This document shows positions 59,375-60,000 of a stretch of DNA of 60,000 bases, one piece after another. Location: positions 81,346,001-81,406,000 of the forward strand of contig OZ076409.1 of assembly GCA_964187785.1 (NCBI GenBank). Reading direction: 5' to 3'. The notes under the pieces are model-generated. The model had not been told where the DNA came from. It did no database searches and saw only the letters and a list, made by a program, of their open reading frames with translations. The stretch comes from Amphiscolops sp. MND2022 (Eukaryota). Every line of letters starts with the position of its first letter. Position 1 is the stretch's first letter. The position numbers were made by a program, and so were the translations under genes.

Positions 59375-59706
59375 AATGTCTCCAAAGGGTCCCCCTTTCA
59401 TTTTTTTTGATGTTTTGCAACAGAATGGATGTTTACAAAGCCAAAAGAGAGCCCTTTCACATTTTTCGGCACTATTACTCTTATCAAAAATCTCATCTTT
59501 TCGCTCTCGATTTTTTTTTCAATGTTTCAATGTTTGGCAACAGATTGGATGTTAGAAAATCACAAAGGGTCCCCCTTTTAGCGCACCAGTTAGAACCTCG
59601 TTTGAGCATTTTTGGTACTATGGAAGAGTATATCCAACGCTTCGAAGTCCTTTTGCTCTTTTCGTGCCTTAAGCGGGGAACCGACATATGCCGTTCCCGC
59701 CTTGTT
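59375..59706 (+). mobile_element. 3' part of a HINE/Helentron-like repeat copy
   Basis: AAAGGGTCCCC and TTTTGCAACAGAATGGATG modules and the 3' end CCGAC...GCCGTTCCCGCCTTGTT, as in other copies (8060-8372, 25500-25840, 31020-31335, 35260-35656). Confidence 0.55.
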
Positions 59707-60000
59707 TGATATTGAGTTTTGTTTCCGCTAAAGAAACTCAGAAAAGAGCTAGGCCATCGGCAAGGCGACTTTCCTATAACGAAGGCGTAACTGAGGTTCG
59801 TAATAAGCAGATTCAACCAAAAGCGATCTCTTCACACAATTCGGGAATTACGTTTAGTCTGTTTAACTATGGTGTAAAGAGATATTAATTAAAGCAACAT
59901 AGCATCCAGAAAACGGGAAGAATTTAAAAATCTCATTGGCTAATTAAGGTCTCACGCGCTCATTTGTTTGGTTGAGAGTTATTAACACTAATTTCACAGC

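Overview
AT-rich, intron-containing genomic DNA from an animal, probably an aquatic invertebrate (an inference from the selenoprotein L gene; the taxon cannot be fixed from sequence alone). The left half holds a decayed hAT transposon end and host genes for DRAP1/NC2-alpha, LRRC45 (10 exons), SPAG1 (3 exons) and an intronless GT29 sialyltransferase, interspersed with abundant Helentron/HINE-like repeats and MITEs. A 9-exon selenoprotein L gene (31912-56203) is invisible to the ORF track. It has two in-frame TGA codons in a U-L-P-U motif and a SECIS in its 3' UTR. Its intron 7 contains a complete 17.7-kb Polinton/Maverick (adintovirus-like endogenous virus, 37552-55269) with AGTAGT termini, ~140-bp TIRs and a 6-bp ATCGCT target-site duplication. 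The element has the core genes: pPolB, rve integrase, packaging ATPase, adenain-like protease, major and minor capsid, and a core protein. It also carries unusual cargo: a divergent ribosomal protein uS5 (RPS2) homolog, a membrane/secreted EGF-like growth factor, a DEDD-type nuclease, a PC4-like protein, an ~83-bp tandem array, and tRNA-like Pol III (A/B-box) units built into both TIRs. The capsid and polymerase genes each carry one small frameshift. Protein family calls come from motif recognition, not database searches.
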